Of a stretch of 64,000 nt of DNA, positions 35,787 through 45,357 are shown in pieces (positions within the stretch are counted from its first letter, which is position 1; each line of letters opens with the position of its first letter). The notes beneath the pieces are model-generated. The model was not told the DNA's origin. It saw only the letters and a program-made list of their open reading frames with translations, and did no database searches. The translations under genes and the position numbers were made by a program. The DNA comes from Thermoplasmata archaeon UBA184 (GTDB lineage Archaea > Thermoplasmatota > Thermoplasmata > Lutacidiplasmatales > UBA184). The stretch lies in the NCBI GenBank assembly GCA_002495185.1, contig DAEB01000040.1, positions 29,184-93,183 on the forward strand, written 5' to 3'.

Positions 35787-38237
35787 TCACAACAGCGCGC
35801 TGGTTTCGAACCCGAAGAGGTAGGCGTTACCGATTCCACTCGTGTGGTCCGAACCCTGACCGTCGGCTCCCACAACCACTCTCACGGCCTCGAAGACGGA
35901 CTGCCCGAATTCCCCGCCAAACTGTGCGTCGGGACTGTAGTATCGGTCCATCGGGACGCCGGTGCCCGCGTTGTACATGTAAACGGCCCCCGCCCCTGAG
36001 AAACCGACCGAAGTATCCCCCGGAGCGCCGACGATCACGGTACCTCCGTTCGTGGAAACGCTCGTGCCAAAATGCGCGCCCTGCTGGACCTGCGTGCTGA
36101 TCAGGGTGGCTACGAGCGAAAACGTCGATTGCGAGAAGATGTAGGCCCGACCAGCGTCGAGGTACCCCTGGACGGTCTCCGAGGGAGCACCGATAATGAT
36201 CGTACCCCCGGAGACCGAGACCGATTCCCCGAAGAATCCGCCGCCTTGCGCGTTCGGGCTAAAGAACGACGCGATCGCCGCACCGGTCGTCGAAGAGTTG
36301 AGGTAGGCCCGGCCGGCGCTGCCTGCGGCGCCCACGCTCTCGCCCCAGGCCCCGACGAGCGTGTCGCCGCCACTGATCGACACCGAGATCCCGAACTCGC
36401 CACCCGAGGAGACGTGTCCACTTGCCATCGACGTGACGAGGGCGCCCGTCGACACGTTGAAGACGTACGCGCTCCCCGCATTGCCCAGACCCCCGACGGT
36501 CGCAAGAGGAGCTCCGACCGCCACCAAGCTTCCGCTCAGCGCGACGCTGAATCCAAAGAACGCACCGGGCATCGGGCTGGGCGTCGTCCAAGTCCGGTAG
36601 AGGGAAAGGTCGGACTCATTGAACACGTAGACCTCTCCTTGGAGGGTCGATCCGCCGGGCGACTCTCCCGGGGCCCCGACGACGATCCAGTTCCCGTTGG
36701 TCGCGACCGACCGGCCGAAGAACCCGTCGACGGTCGGGTTCGGGCTCATCAGCGTCTTTACCGCGAGGCTGGGACTGGGATCGACCGGCACGACGTACAC
36801 ATCCCCTTCCTGGGTGACCCCGCCGGGACTCTCCGAGGGAGCTCCCGCAACCATCACGCCTCCACCCACCGCAACCGATCGGCCGAGGTCCCCACCGGCG
36901 ATGGCGTTCGGACTCGTCAGCTTCAGTGGGATCTGGTTGAACACGTAGGCGAGACCGGCTCGGAAGACGCTCGACCCGTTCTCGAATATGGCACCGACGA
37001 CGACCGTGCTGCCCGTCTCGGCGACCGAGAATCCGAATCGGCCGTTGTTCGGCCACCCCGGAGCGGAGAAGGCCGACGAGACGAGCTCTCCGCTCTGAAC
37101 GCTGAACAAGTAGGCGTTGCCGGCCTTGATCTGTCCCCCCGAAGTCTCTTCCTGCGCACCAATCACGACCGTCACAGGATCGATCGCTACATCTCCTCCG
37201 AAGAACCCATCGAAGGTGGGCGCGGGAGAGGTGAAGGTGATGGAGCCGTTCGTGATCATGTTGGTCTCGAATGCAGCGCCCGCGGATGCTATGGGTGGGA
37301 GGGACTCGGCGGGCGCCCCTCCGAGAACGGTGGTCCCACTGATCGAGACCGACCATCCATAAAGGGCGCCGATGGTCGGCACCGGGTTCTCGATCTCCTC
37401 GACCACGTTTCCGGTCGGGACGGCATAGACGTACACCGCACCCTCATTCAGGGTTCCACCGGTGGAGTCGTAGGGGGCGCCCACGGCGACGAGGTTGCCA
37501 CTGATCGCGACCGAGTTTCCGAGTGCCGCATCACTCTCGAGATTGGGACTGATGAGCAGGCGATATGTGTCCGTCAGAAGGTTGATCAGGTAGGCGTCGC
37601 CGGAGAAGAGATACCCCGACTGACCCTCGCTGGGAGCGCCCACCACGGCAAAGTTCCCGGAGAGAGCAACGGAGTTTCCGAAGGCGCCGCCCACCTCTCC
37701 TTCGGGACTGGTGAACGTCTGCAGCAGAGCGCCGCTGCTCGCGTTGAACAGGTAAGCATTGCCCGAGCTGCCCGCCCCGTTGGCCGATTCGCCCGGAGCT
37801 CCCACGAGAACGACGTTTCCACTGGCGGCCACCGAGTAGCCGAAGAGTCCCGTGACTTGGGGACTCGGACTGACGATTCGAAGCATCGCCCCCGTGGTCG
37901 AGTTCTCGATGTAGGCGGCCCCCGCCTCCGAGATTCCGAACGGGGCTTCGTTGGAGGCACCGATCACCACATAGGACGGTGTGACGACCACGGATTGCCC
38001 GAAGTGACCGGTCGATGCCGGTTGCGTGGAGCTCAGCGTGATGGGCAGGAATTGTGGGTCAACGGCCGTGGTCGTTGGCACCGGGGGCGCGTGGGGGGCC
38101 GTGGGCCCGGCGCCCGAGCCAGAATGCCCAGGAAACGGGACGAAGACAACCGCGAGCGAAGCGAGGACTACGACCGTCACAGCGGTGATTCGGAGCCACA
38201 GCGGTCGAGTTCGGAGGTGATAGGGGCGGCTTGACAC
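35787..38237 (-). CDS. secreted beta-propeller surface protein with ~12 FG-GAP-like repeats
   Basis: N-terminal signal anchor RPLWLRITAVTVVVLASLAVVFV. Repeated units of form SVA.SGN.V.VGAP..S..G...GAVYV(F) throughout (e.g. VVLVGAPGESANGAGSSGNAYLF). The antisense ORF 36072..38234 was rejected. Confidence 0.7.
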   Translation of the reverse strand: MSSRPYHLRTRPLWLRITAVTVVVLASLAVVFVPFPGHSGSGAGPTAPHAPPVPTTTAVDPQFLPITLSSTQPASTGHFGQSVVVTPSYVVIGASNEAPFGISEAGAAYIENSTTGAMLRIVSPSPQVTGLFGYSVAASGNVVLVGAPGESANGAGSSGNAYLFNASSGALLQTFTSPEGEVGGAFGNSVALSGNFAVVGAPSEGQSGYLFSGDAYLINLLTDTYRLLISPNLESDAALGNSVAISGNLVAVGAPYDSTGGTLNEGAVYVYAVPTGNVVEEIENPVPTIGALYGWSVSISGTTVLGGAPAESLPPIASAGAAFETNMITNGSITFTSPAPTFDGFFGGDVAIDPVTVVIGAQEETSGGQIKAGNAYLFSVQSGELVSSAFSAPGWPNNGRFGFSVAETGSTVVVGAIFENGSSVFRAGLAYVFNQIPLKLTSPNAIAGGDLGRSVAVGGGVMVAGAPSESPGGVTQEGDVYVVPVDPSPSLAVKTLMSPNPTVDGFFGRSVATNGNWIVVGAPGESPGGSTLQGEVYVFNESDLSLYRTWTTPSPMPGAFFGFSVALSGSLVAVGAPLATVGGLGNAGSAYVFNVSTGALVTSMASGHVSSGGEFGISVSISGGDTLVGAWGESVGAAGSAGRAYLNSSTTGAAIASFFSPNAQGGGFFGESVSVSGGTIIIGAPSETVQGYLDAGRAYIFSQSTFSLVATLISTQVQQGAHFGTSVSTNGGTVIVGAPGDTSVGFSGAGAVYMYNAGTGVPMDRYYSPDAQFGGEFGQSVFEAVRVVVGADGQGSDHTSGIGNAYLFGFETSALL

Positions 38238-38749
38238 GGTGTAGCACTCCCAACGGAGAGTGGTCTATAAACCTGCCGAAAGGCACCAACTGGCCGGTGG
38301 CCGACTACTTCGCCTACACGGCCCGCGTACCAGCCTCCACGCTGGAAGAGCGGATTCGAAGCCGTGTCTCAGGTGCAATCTGAATTGCATCCGCGACTCG
38401 CTCGGACCCCGAATGCTCGGGGTCCATACTTTCAGGGGCAGGTCGGTTCCCTCAGCAACCCGAGGCAAGCGAGGCGCCCTCTGAATTACGCATCCCACCG
38501 GTCGAACGCTGACCGAAGGCGGAGCTTCTCCCGCTTGGGGCGGCGCACCGAACCGGGCTCCACACACTCTCGGGGCGGACGGCGGTTATATGTCGCCGAG
38601 ACCTGAGTCAGCGATAGCGCGGCTCAAACATTCAGAAGATTGGCGCGAAGGCACGTCACGGTCTCTTTCAGTCTGCCAAGTGACCAAGATAATAGACCTG
38701 TTACGTGATGCACCTCTGCGGGTCGGCAGCAGTGGGTACCTGATCGTCC

Positions 38750-39781
38750 TTGACGAGTTTGTCGTGTCTTGTAACTGCCTTCAATCGCCGCGAGTTCCTC
38801 GTTCAAGCCTTAACGTCTGCACTTTGTCAAGAATCTATCTCGGAGTCGTATGAGATTGTCTTGCTGACAAATCTTGACATCACGGGGACCCAGGTCGAAA
38901 GAATCACAACAAGATCGCAGGGCGGACCAGAAATCAAGGTAGTCCACTGCGACAATGCAGGAGTGGGACGTTTTTTCTGGGCTGGAGTTGAGGCGTGCCA
39001 AGGGGAAGTTGTCTGTTTCCTAAACGACGATGACACCTGGCTCCCGCGCAAGCTCTCGGTTGTTGCAAGGATGTTTGATGCGAATCCTCGGCTCGGATTC
39101 TTCCGTCACAACTTCAGATATGTCGACCGTTTCGGCAAACCCCTGCCTGACCTCGATCGTCGGTGGAGTCGTAGACGTGGGAACCTGGTAGCCCCTGCCG
39201 AAGGGCAGGTTGTGCTTGGGGAGAAGCGCGATGTTTCGTCGATTCGGCACCTCAATCGCTACGCACCTTACGCAAATGAGTCCACTATGGCTGTTAGGCG
39301 GCGACTCTTGATGGATGTGAGCACAGAATTTCAAGAAATCTTGGCTGGAGAAGATGCTTTCTTGTATTTTTCAGCATTGTGTTCGCAGTACTCCCTTGCG
39401 GCTAGCGCTGAACCCCTTAGCGAATACAGAATCCATGGAACCAATGCTTCTGTGGCTCATTCTGCTTCTATAGTTGAGTCGACAAGTGCAAAGTTTGTCT
39501 CAGGCATTGACGAGTCGATGGAAGTGATTGTCCGAATGTGCAGCGACTCGCCTTACCCCGCCGTGGCAGACCTCGCTCGGCACCACAGCCTGCAGCTTCT
39601 AATTACTCGCGCGATAAACGGAGGAACTCGGCTGCCAGTGAATCTGCACCGCCAGGCACTCAATCTCATCGCCTCTGGATTTGCCCTCTCTCCGATCCAA
39701 GATCTCGGGATCTTGGCGTTACTGGTTCTCAACGACATCTCACCTTCGTTGTCGGGAAGAGCCTACAGGGCGGCGATCTGA
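38750..39781 (+). CDS. GT2-family glycosyltransferase (paralog 3 of 3; lower-GC copy)
   Basis: LSCLVTAFNRREFLVQALTSALCQ...EIVLLTNLD...VVCFLNDDDTWLP is collinear with 18445..19485 and 22285..23325. Lies in the lower-GC block. Confidence 0.8.
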   Translation: MTSLSCLVTAFNRREFLVQALTSALCQESISESYEIVLLTNLDITGTQVERITTRSQGGPEIKVVHCDNAGVGRFFWAGVEACQGEVVCFLNDDDTWLPRKLSVVARMFDANPRLGFFRHNFRYVDRFGKPLPDLDRRWSRRRGNLVAPAEGQVVLGEKRDVSSIRHLNRYAPYANESTMAVRRRLLMDVSTEFQEILAGEDAFLYFSALCSQYSLAASAEPLSEYRIHGTNASVAHSASIVESTSAKFVSGIDESMEVIVRMCSDSPYPAVADLARHHSLQLLITRAINGGTRLPVNLHRQALNLIASGFALSPIQDLGILALLVLNDISPSLSGRAYRAAI

Positions 39782-39833
39782 ATTGCACTCAGCCTGGAAA
39801 GGGCCACAGTTTCGTGATTTCTCGGCCATTACC

Positions 39834-42800
39834 GTGAGAGTTGGTCGGGTAATCCAGCAGTGGTTCATCGCGGAGCATCGATTCTGGAAGGTGGGTCTTT
39901 CGCTTGGATTCGGAGTCTTGACCCTGCTTTGGACATTGCCGCTAAACTCATTCGTGTACGGTCAAGATTCCTTTCACTTCTTTGTTCAGCCCTTCAACTA
40001 CAACTTCAGCCCGACCATTCCCTACAACTACGTCTACTCCAGCAGCACGCCCCTTTACGACACATCGCAGTACTTTTACCTGACAACTTTTTCACAGTTC
40101 TTCCACATATTGGGAATTTCGGACGCGCTCGCTGAACACGTCGAGATTGTTCTGGGTACGTCTCTAGCTGTATTCGGCCTAATCGATTTGATCCAACTCA
40201 CAGAACGGCTGAACCACAGTGACCGCCAAAGAGTCGACGGGTGGTTTCTTGCGGCGGCCTTCTTTGTGTTCAATCCGTTTTCTCTGAGTGTAGTTTGGTG
40301 GCACTTCGAGGCCTGGACACTCTTCTTTATTTTGACCCCTTATTTGATTTCCTTATGTCTCTCAATTTGCTTCTCGAAGAACCTTCCATGGAACAGACTA
40401 ATCGTCACAGTCATCGTTTCAATTCTCCTTGCACCGGGTCTAACAGGAGCCTACGGAATCTCGGCAGGGCTGATCTTCCTTTACACCGGGTGCGTAGTCG
40501 TTGGGCTCGTGATTACGGGGCGACTACAATGGACAGATGCCTGGAAGCGACTTTCTCTCGTCTTTCTCTCGGGGTTGCTGCTCCTGACATGGACTAACCT
40601 GCCTCTCCTGATTCTTGGACAGCAAGTAGGATTCGGCCTTCTTACGGGTCCCGGAATACCTCAGGAGTTTCTATATCAGTCGCGTCACACAAGTTTGTTG
40701 AACGTTGTGACTCTGCTTGGCCTCTCCTGGATTTATGATCACCCAGGTGCCTATGGATGGACTCCTCAGTTGGCGTACCTTCTCGGTGCGGCATTCATTT
40801 GTCCGGCGTTGTTGACTCTGTCTGGTTTCTTTCTCCGGAGCAGGCGCGAGGTATCGTTCCTGCTGCCATTTGTCCTGCTGTGCATTCTCATCTCAACGGG
40901 AAACAACCCTCCCGCGGGACCGGTCAACAACTTCCTGGTCAACCTCGGCGGCTTCGGGTCTTACTTGGTCAACCCGTACTACTTTGTATGTGAGTACTAC
41001 GCTGTGTTTCTGAGTATTATCATGTATCTTCTCTGGGTGGGTTCCACAAACGAGTTCCGTTCAGTGGGCGTAGAAAGCTCCACTGACGCGGGGGACTCTC
41101 CTAAACCCCCGGACAAGGCTCCTTACCTACAGAAGAAGAGTGCCTTGTTTCGAAGGACCAAACGAAAGTACTTGCGTCAGACAGCATTACTCGCGGTATG
41201 CGCGGTGCTGGTTGCCACGACCTCGGTCATGGCGGCTCCATTCATTGAGGGGAGGGTCTACGTCTCCACCGGGAGCTTCGAAGACCAATTCGTTCCACCC
41301 TCCGATCTTACGGACCTTTCGAATTTCTTCCAGCAGAATTACTCGGGTCCCATTTACTACGTCTTGGTGTTACCAATCAGTCCATCAAGCGTACCCCTTG
41401 TGAACTACTCAAATGGGCAATTCGTCGATTCTAGCGAGCTCCTGGCAAGTTACATCCCGTATCCGCTCTATTACGCAACCCCGAATTCCATTGGGAATTA
41501 CCTGTTTGATGGGATTGCTTCGGGCGCAGTCCTGAACTTTACAGTTCTTTTTGCAAGTCTGCACATTAAGTACATCGTCCTGAATCCTTTCTATGCGGCC
41601 CAACCCGGTCTTCCAACACATTCCCTCAATGGTTCGAGCTATAATGCCTCGGAGACGTCCATGCGACTATCGGCGGGACTTGGTCCCAGCAGTCGAGCTG
41701 GCCAGTTCGAGATCTTCACGGTCGCTGACGTGACCCCCATCGCGTACGTAGTGGCCAACCCGATGATTCTGAATTCGCCCAATCCCGGGTCGCTGATGGG
41801 CTTCATGTCAAGCTTGAAGAGCACGCCGTCGAACCTCGCATCCGCCTTGCGTCTAGCGATTTGGAGTCTGAATACGAGTACCGATTCAAACTTCTCAGTC
41901 GGCCAGGTCCTTCCGCTTAATGGCGGATTCCAGACCTTCTCAGTCGGGCCTAACGTAACGCCATACATCGTCAACGGATCCGGTTCGGTACAGACTTGGA
42001 ACACCTCTGCCACCGATTCTGGGATTCCAGGGGTTTCTTGGGACCCCACCACTGGGAAAGTTATGCTGGTTCCCGGGGAGATTCAGAGTCCGAATTCGAC
42101 GGCGGCCAACCTCACGACTCTGGTTCCTGTGAATGGATCATTCAGCAACCCCCTCGGAAGAGCTGGAACTCTTGGCTGGTGGTTACACGGGGTTCCACCA
42201 CCCCTTTGGTTCCATACCGATGTAAACGTAACTGCTCTGGCCCCCCGCAACTGGATTACAGTCACTGTTTCGCTTGGCAATGTTTCTATCCAATTGAGTT
42301 TGTACAACGACTCCTCAACGCAGAGCAGTGTGATTGCCGCAACCGCATTCAATGACGGCAACCGTTACGCATGGAACAATGCTGCACTGCCCGACGGGTT
42401 CTTTGATGGGATAGAAAGTATTGACACTTGGGTGAACTCAACTACCATTCGAGTGGCCACTGCTTCTCATCTTCCGGGGCGCCCGATCGTGTGGGACACA
42501 CTGAATTATTCGGGCGAGTACTTGTCGCACAACGGTGGGAGGAACCTAACCGCGGCTCCATCCGTTGCACCCGGCTTTCAGAGTTATTCGGTGACCGTTC
42601 TCGCCAATCAGGTCGGAGCCGAGTTGGTCGACCCATCTATCCTGAAACCATTGTCCTTCTCATACCTGCTCGATTGGCTTAGAGAGCGAACCCCTATGTT
42701 GCAGCAGCAGAGGGTTTCATTCAATCCAACGGGTCAGATATTGACCTCAGTTACGACCAATCAATCTACTCAGCCACTCTTTGTTGTACTCGATTTTCCT

Positions 42801-43091
42801 GCTACACCGTTCTGGCAGCTCTCTTCCAGTGCTGGCACGTCGACAAAGATAGCAAACCTTACCTACGCAAATGTCTACAAAATCTCGGACCTCGGCTCGC
42901 TTGGACAGGTCCACTTTACTTTGCAGTTCGAGGCACCTTACTTGGCGAGCGTTGAATTGTCCGGCGTAGAACTGGCCTTCGCATGCACGATCGGCGCTTG
43001 GCTGGGATTGACCTCGATTCGTCGAACTAGGCGTCTCCGACGGAATGATTCTGCCAGTTCAGAAACAAGGCCAGAGAACCAATCGCGCTGA
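39834..43091 (+). CDS. very large polytopic membrane protein (~1085 aa) with ~650-aa extracytoplasmic C-terminal domain and terminal TM segment; candidate GT-C-like enzyme
   Basis: N-terminal ~430 aa has about 11 hydrophobic helices (VGLSLGFGVLTLLWTL..., FLAAAFFVFNPFSLSVVWWHF..., etc.). First loop FVYGQDSFHFF contains an acidic residue. The C-terminal region is sequon-rich and ends in a hydrophobic segment (LAFACTIGAWLGLTSIRRTRR). Start taken at GTG 39834 after the GT2 stop; the first ATG of the ORF (39681) overlaps the GT2 gene. Confidence 0.6.
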   Translation: MRVGRVIQQWFIAEHRFWKVGLSLGFGVLTLLWTLPLNSFVYGQDSFHFFVQPFNYNFSPTIPYNYVYSSSTPLYDTSQYFYLTTFSQFFHILGISDALAEHVEIVLGTSLAVFGLIDLIQLTERLNHSDRQRVDGWFLAAAFFVFNPFSLSVVWWHFEAWTLFFILTPYLISLCLSICFSKNLPWNRLIVTVIVSILLAPGLTGAYGISAGLIFLYTGCVVVGLVITGRLQWTDAWKRLSLVFLSGLLLLTWTNLPLLILGQQVGFGLLTGPGIPQEFLYQSRHTSLLNVVTLLGLSWIYDHPGAYGWTPQLAYLLGAAFICPALLTLSGFFLRSRREVSFLLPFVLLCILISTGNNPPAGPVNNFLVNLGGFGSYLVNPYYFVCEYYAVFLSIIMYLLWVGSTNEFRSVGVESSTDAGDSPKPPDKAPYLQKKSALFRRTKRKYLRQTALLAVCAVLVATTSVMAAPFIEGRVYVSTGSFEDQFVPPSDLTDLSNFFQQNYSGPIYYVLVLPISPSSVPLVNYSNGQFVDSSELLASYIPYPLYYATPNSIGNYLFDGIASGAVLNFTVLFASLHIKYIVLNPFYAAQPGLPTHSLNGSSYNASETSMRLSAGLGPSSRAGQFEIFTVADVTPIAYVVANPMILNSPNPGSLMGFMSSLKSTPSNLASALRLAIWSLNTSTDSNFSVGQVLPLNGGFQTFSVGPNVTPYIVNGSGSVQTWNTSATDSGIPGVSWDPTTGKVMLVPGEIQSPNSTAANLTTLVPVNGSFSNPLGRAGTLGWWLHGVPPPLWFHTDVNVTALAPRNWITVTVSLGNVSIQLSLYNDSSTQSSVIAATAFNDGNRYAWNNAALPDGFFDGIESIDTWVNSTTIRVATASHLPGRPIVWDTLNYSGEYLSHNGGRNLTAAPSVAPGFQSYSVTVLANQVGAELVDPSILKPLSFSYLLDWLRERTPMLQQQRVSFNPTGQILTSVTTNQSTQPLFVVLDFPATPFWQLSSSAGTSTKIANLTYANVYKISDLGSLGQVHFTLQFEAPYLASVELSGVELAFACTIGAWLGLTSIRRTRRLRRNDSASSETRPENQSR

Positions 43092-44259
43092 ATCCTATGG
43101 ATAGGTTTCTTCGGACGGTGTCCGCCCTATCCGGAGAAACCGGCTCCCGTAAGCCCCGCTCGATCGCCGACTTCAGCTGGAGGTAGTCGCGGGGCGGGAT
43201 GAATTCGACTGGGTAGTTGAGGAGCTTTGCCGACTCCCTCAGCTGGGGTTGATCATAGGCTACAATCCGGATACCGCAAAATGCGCCACAGTTTAGCGCT
43301 CCCGAGTAACCTCCTGTTGCTAGATACGGAAGGACCATTAGATCGTGGCCCAGGATGAGAGGAACGGTGCTTTCCTCTGAAACCCGCCCTATGAAATTCA
43401 CTTGGTTTGACTCATATCGTGCCCTAAGCTCGGAAACTGTCGAAGCGTATTCAGGGAAGTTGGGATTTACGGAACCGGCGACCGTCACCTGCACGTCGGG
43501 ACGGTTCGCCAAGATGCTGCTCAAGACCTCTAGCGTGCCGGAAAGGTCCTTCTGGGGGCTCCAATTCCCGAAGAGAAGAATCTTCGAGGGGGCCGAGCTC
43601 TGATTCACCGGGATTGGCTTGCCGGAGTGCAGCGCAATTGCACCACTTACAAGCGATTCGACATACGGCAAGAAAACCTGAGACACCCCCTTTCTGAACT
43701 CCTTCTGAATGATGCTCACTTGACTCGGGAGAGGAACCACAACTCGAGTGGTGTTGATGAGAGCGCGCTCGAGGAGAGAAGCCACAACGCGAGCCAGAAG
43801 TGATGGCTCATACCCCATCTGAGCGAGGTCCTGTGTTTCGACCAAGCTATGCATGAAGGTTGTTACGGGGCGCCTTGCTGCAATTCTGACAATTGTCGGA
43901 AGGAGGAGTCCGAATGCGCTACACAGCCGGGACCTACCAAAGGATGTCGGGAAGATGTTGAAGAGGACTGAGTCAGTTTTCCTCGCGAAACGGGTCAGAA
44001 TCAGGCCCGCCCGAACCAGCGACGCCGCATCATTCACCTTCCAGACCCTGTGGAGCTCCAGCTTCGTGAATGCTCCCAGAGCCGGTGGGACTTGGCTAGA
44101 GGTCTGAGCCACCAAAACCACTCGACTGATGATGTCCGATTGGGAGAGCCCGAACACAATTCCCGTGGTCGAGTTGCCAGCAAAAGCATGGTCGGGGTAG
44201 AACACACCAAACACTAGTATCCTCTTTTGATTGGATGGCTGCTCACCCCCGATTGACAT
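43027..44259 (-). CDS. GT1/GT4-like glycosyltransferase
   Basis: ILLFGNWSPQKDLSGTLEVL...VNFIGRVSEE...LATGGYSGALNCGAFCGIRIVAYD resembles the GT-B C-terminal domain. Lower-GC region. Confidence 0.6.
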   Translation of the reverse strand: MSIGGEQPSNQKRILVFGVFYPDHAFAGNSTTGIVFGLSQSDIISRVVLVAQTSSQVPPALGAFTKLELHRVWKVNDAASLVRAGLILTRFARKTDSVLFNIFPTSFGRSRLCSAFGLLLPTIVRIAARRPVTTFMHSLVETQDLAQMGYEPSLLARVVASLLERALINTTRVVVPLPSQVSIIQKEFRKGVSQVFLPYVESLVSGAIALHSGKPIPVNQSSAPSKILLFGNWSPQKDLSGTLEVLSSILANRPDVQVTVAGSVNPNFPEYASTVSELRARYESNQVNFIGRVSEESTVPLILGHDLMVLPYLATGGYSGALNCGAFCGIRIVAYDQPQLRESAKLLNYPVEFIPPRDYLQLKSAIERGLREPVSPDRADTVRRNLSIGFSAIGSLALFLNWQNHSVGDA

Positions 44260-44464
44260 TTGACTAACTCATCACCTGATGGTCGCGAGCCGCCAAGCCC
44301 GCGATCTCGGTCAATCGAACGGAAGAGGCGATCCTAATCGTCATTTCGACCTTACCTACACCGATCCTATCTCTCCCTTGGTGTTCCGAGTAATGAATTG
44401 ATGTATGGAATGGTACTGCACTCACGCGCTCACGCGGAGCTGTCCGCCGCCGGCAAGAGATTGA

Positions 44465-45319
44465 ATGAATCTAGATCTGGAAATGGCCCCCCACTCACAC
44501 GGACCTGACCTAGAGCACTCGCAGGGCGGAAGTCATCAACCTGGACGGGGCGACGTCAGTGCCGAACTGTTGCGCTTCGTATATGCCCGGGGAGATCATG
44601 TCTCGCGTTACAAGCTTGCCGCAGCCCTCTCGCGAGGATGCCGCGTCCTAGACTTTGGCTGTGGACACGGGTTCGGTGCATTGTTTTTGGAACCGAGCTG
44701 TGAAAGTATCGTTGGAGTTGACACCGACCGGGGAGCCATCGAATGGGCGAGGTCTAACATTGAATCGCGAGCATCGAACGCGCGTTTCTTCCACGTTGAC
44801 GATCCCAAGATTAGGGGTCTGAATCGGCACTTGGACATCGTCTTGTCGTTCGAAGTCATCGAGCATGTCCATGATCCTCTCGCTCACTTGGGCACTCTTT
44901 GTGGGTTCGTGAGGCCGGGAGGTAGAATCGTCCTTTCGACTCCTAATGGAGGGATATCCGCCGGGAATCCTAGGATGTTCATGTCTCCCTATCACGTGAA
45001 CGAGTTCAGCTTGGGACAGCTTTCAAAACTTGTCGGGGCACGCTCGCGGTCGGCGTCTTATCTCGGACAGAGGAGAATTGATCGTCTCGATTCGACCATT
45101 CAGCAAGTCCGCAAGAGAGTGTTCTATCCGAAGGCAGGCCATGAGTCGACGCGCCCCGCGGACAGTTACAGGAGCGCTCTCGGGAGGAGTCTGGGAGACA
45201 CACTGGTAAACAAGATACCCAATTTTGCATCATTTTGGGAACTTAATCCAGTAAGCCAACAGTCACACGACCTTGGCTCGTACACGCACTTCATAGCCAT
45301 TTTCACCCCGGAATCCTAG
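44465..45319 (+). CDS. class I SAM-dependent methyltransferase
   Basis: VLDFGCGHGFGALFL (motif I), VGVDTD (motif II acidic), LDIVLSFEVIEHV, VRPGGRIVLSTPN. Confidence 0.75.
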   Translation: MNLDLEMAPHSHGPDLEHSQGGSHQPGRGDVSAELLRFVYARGDHVSRYKLAAALSRGCRVLDFGCGHGFGALFLEPSCESIVGVDTDRGAIEWARSNIESRASNARFFHVDDPKIRGLNRHLDIVLSFEVIEHVHDPLAHLGTLCGFVRPGGRIVLSTPNGGISAGNPRMFMSPYHVNEFSLGQLSKLVGARSRSASYLGQRRIDRLDSTIQQVRKRVFYPKAGHESTRPADSYRSALGRSLGDTLVNKIPNFASFWELNPVSQQSHDLGSYTHFIAIFTPES

Positions 45320-45357
45320 AATGAGCAACGTGCGTACGGAACTGCGGTCTAGGTTGC

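Noticed and set aside
36072-38234. 720-aa plus-strand ORF antisense to the FG-GAP propeller gene
   Set aside because: Highly charged R/D/E/G composition. The minus strand shows ~12 regular FG-GAP-like repeats and a signal anchor.
38374-43640. Recurring ATTGCAC / CTGAATTGCA motifs (34449, 34885, 38384, 39785, 43634) as a possible dispersed repeat
   Set aside because: Expected count of a 7-mer with this AT-rich composition is ~4 in 64 kb at the observed base frequencies. Only the two full palindromes in non-coding gaps were kept, as a low-interest finding.
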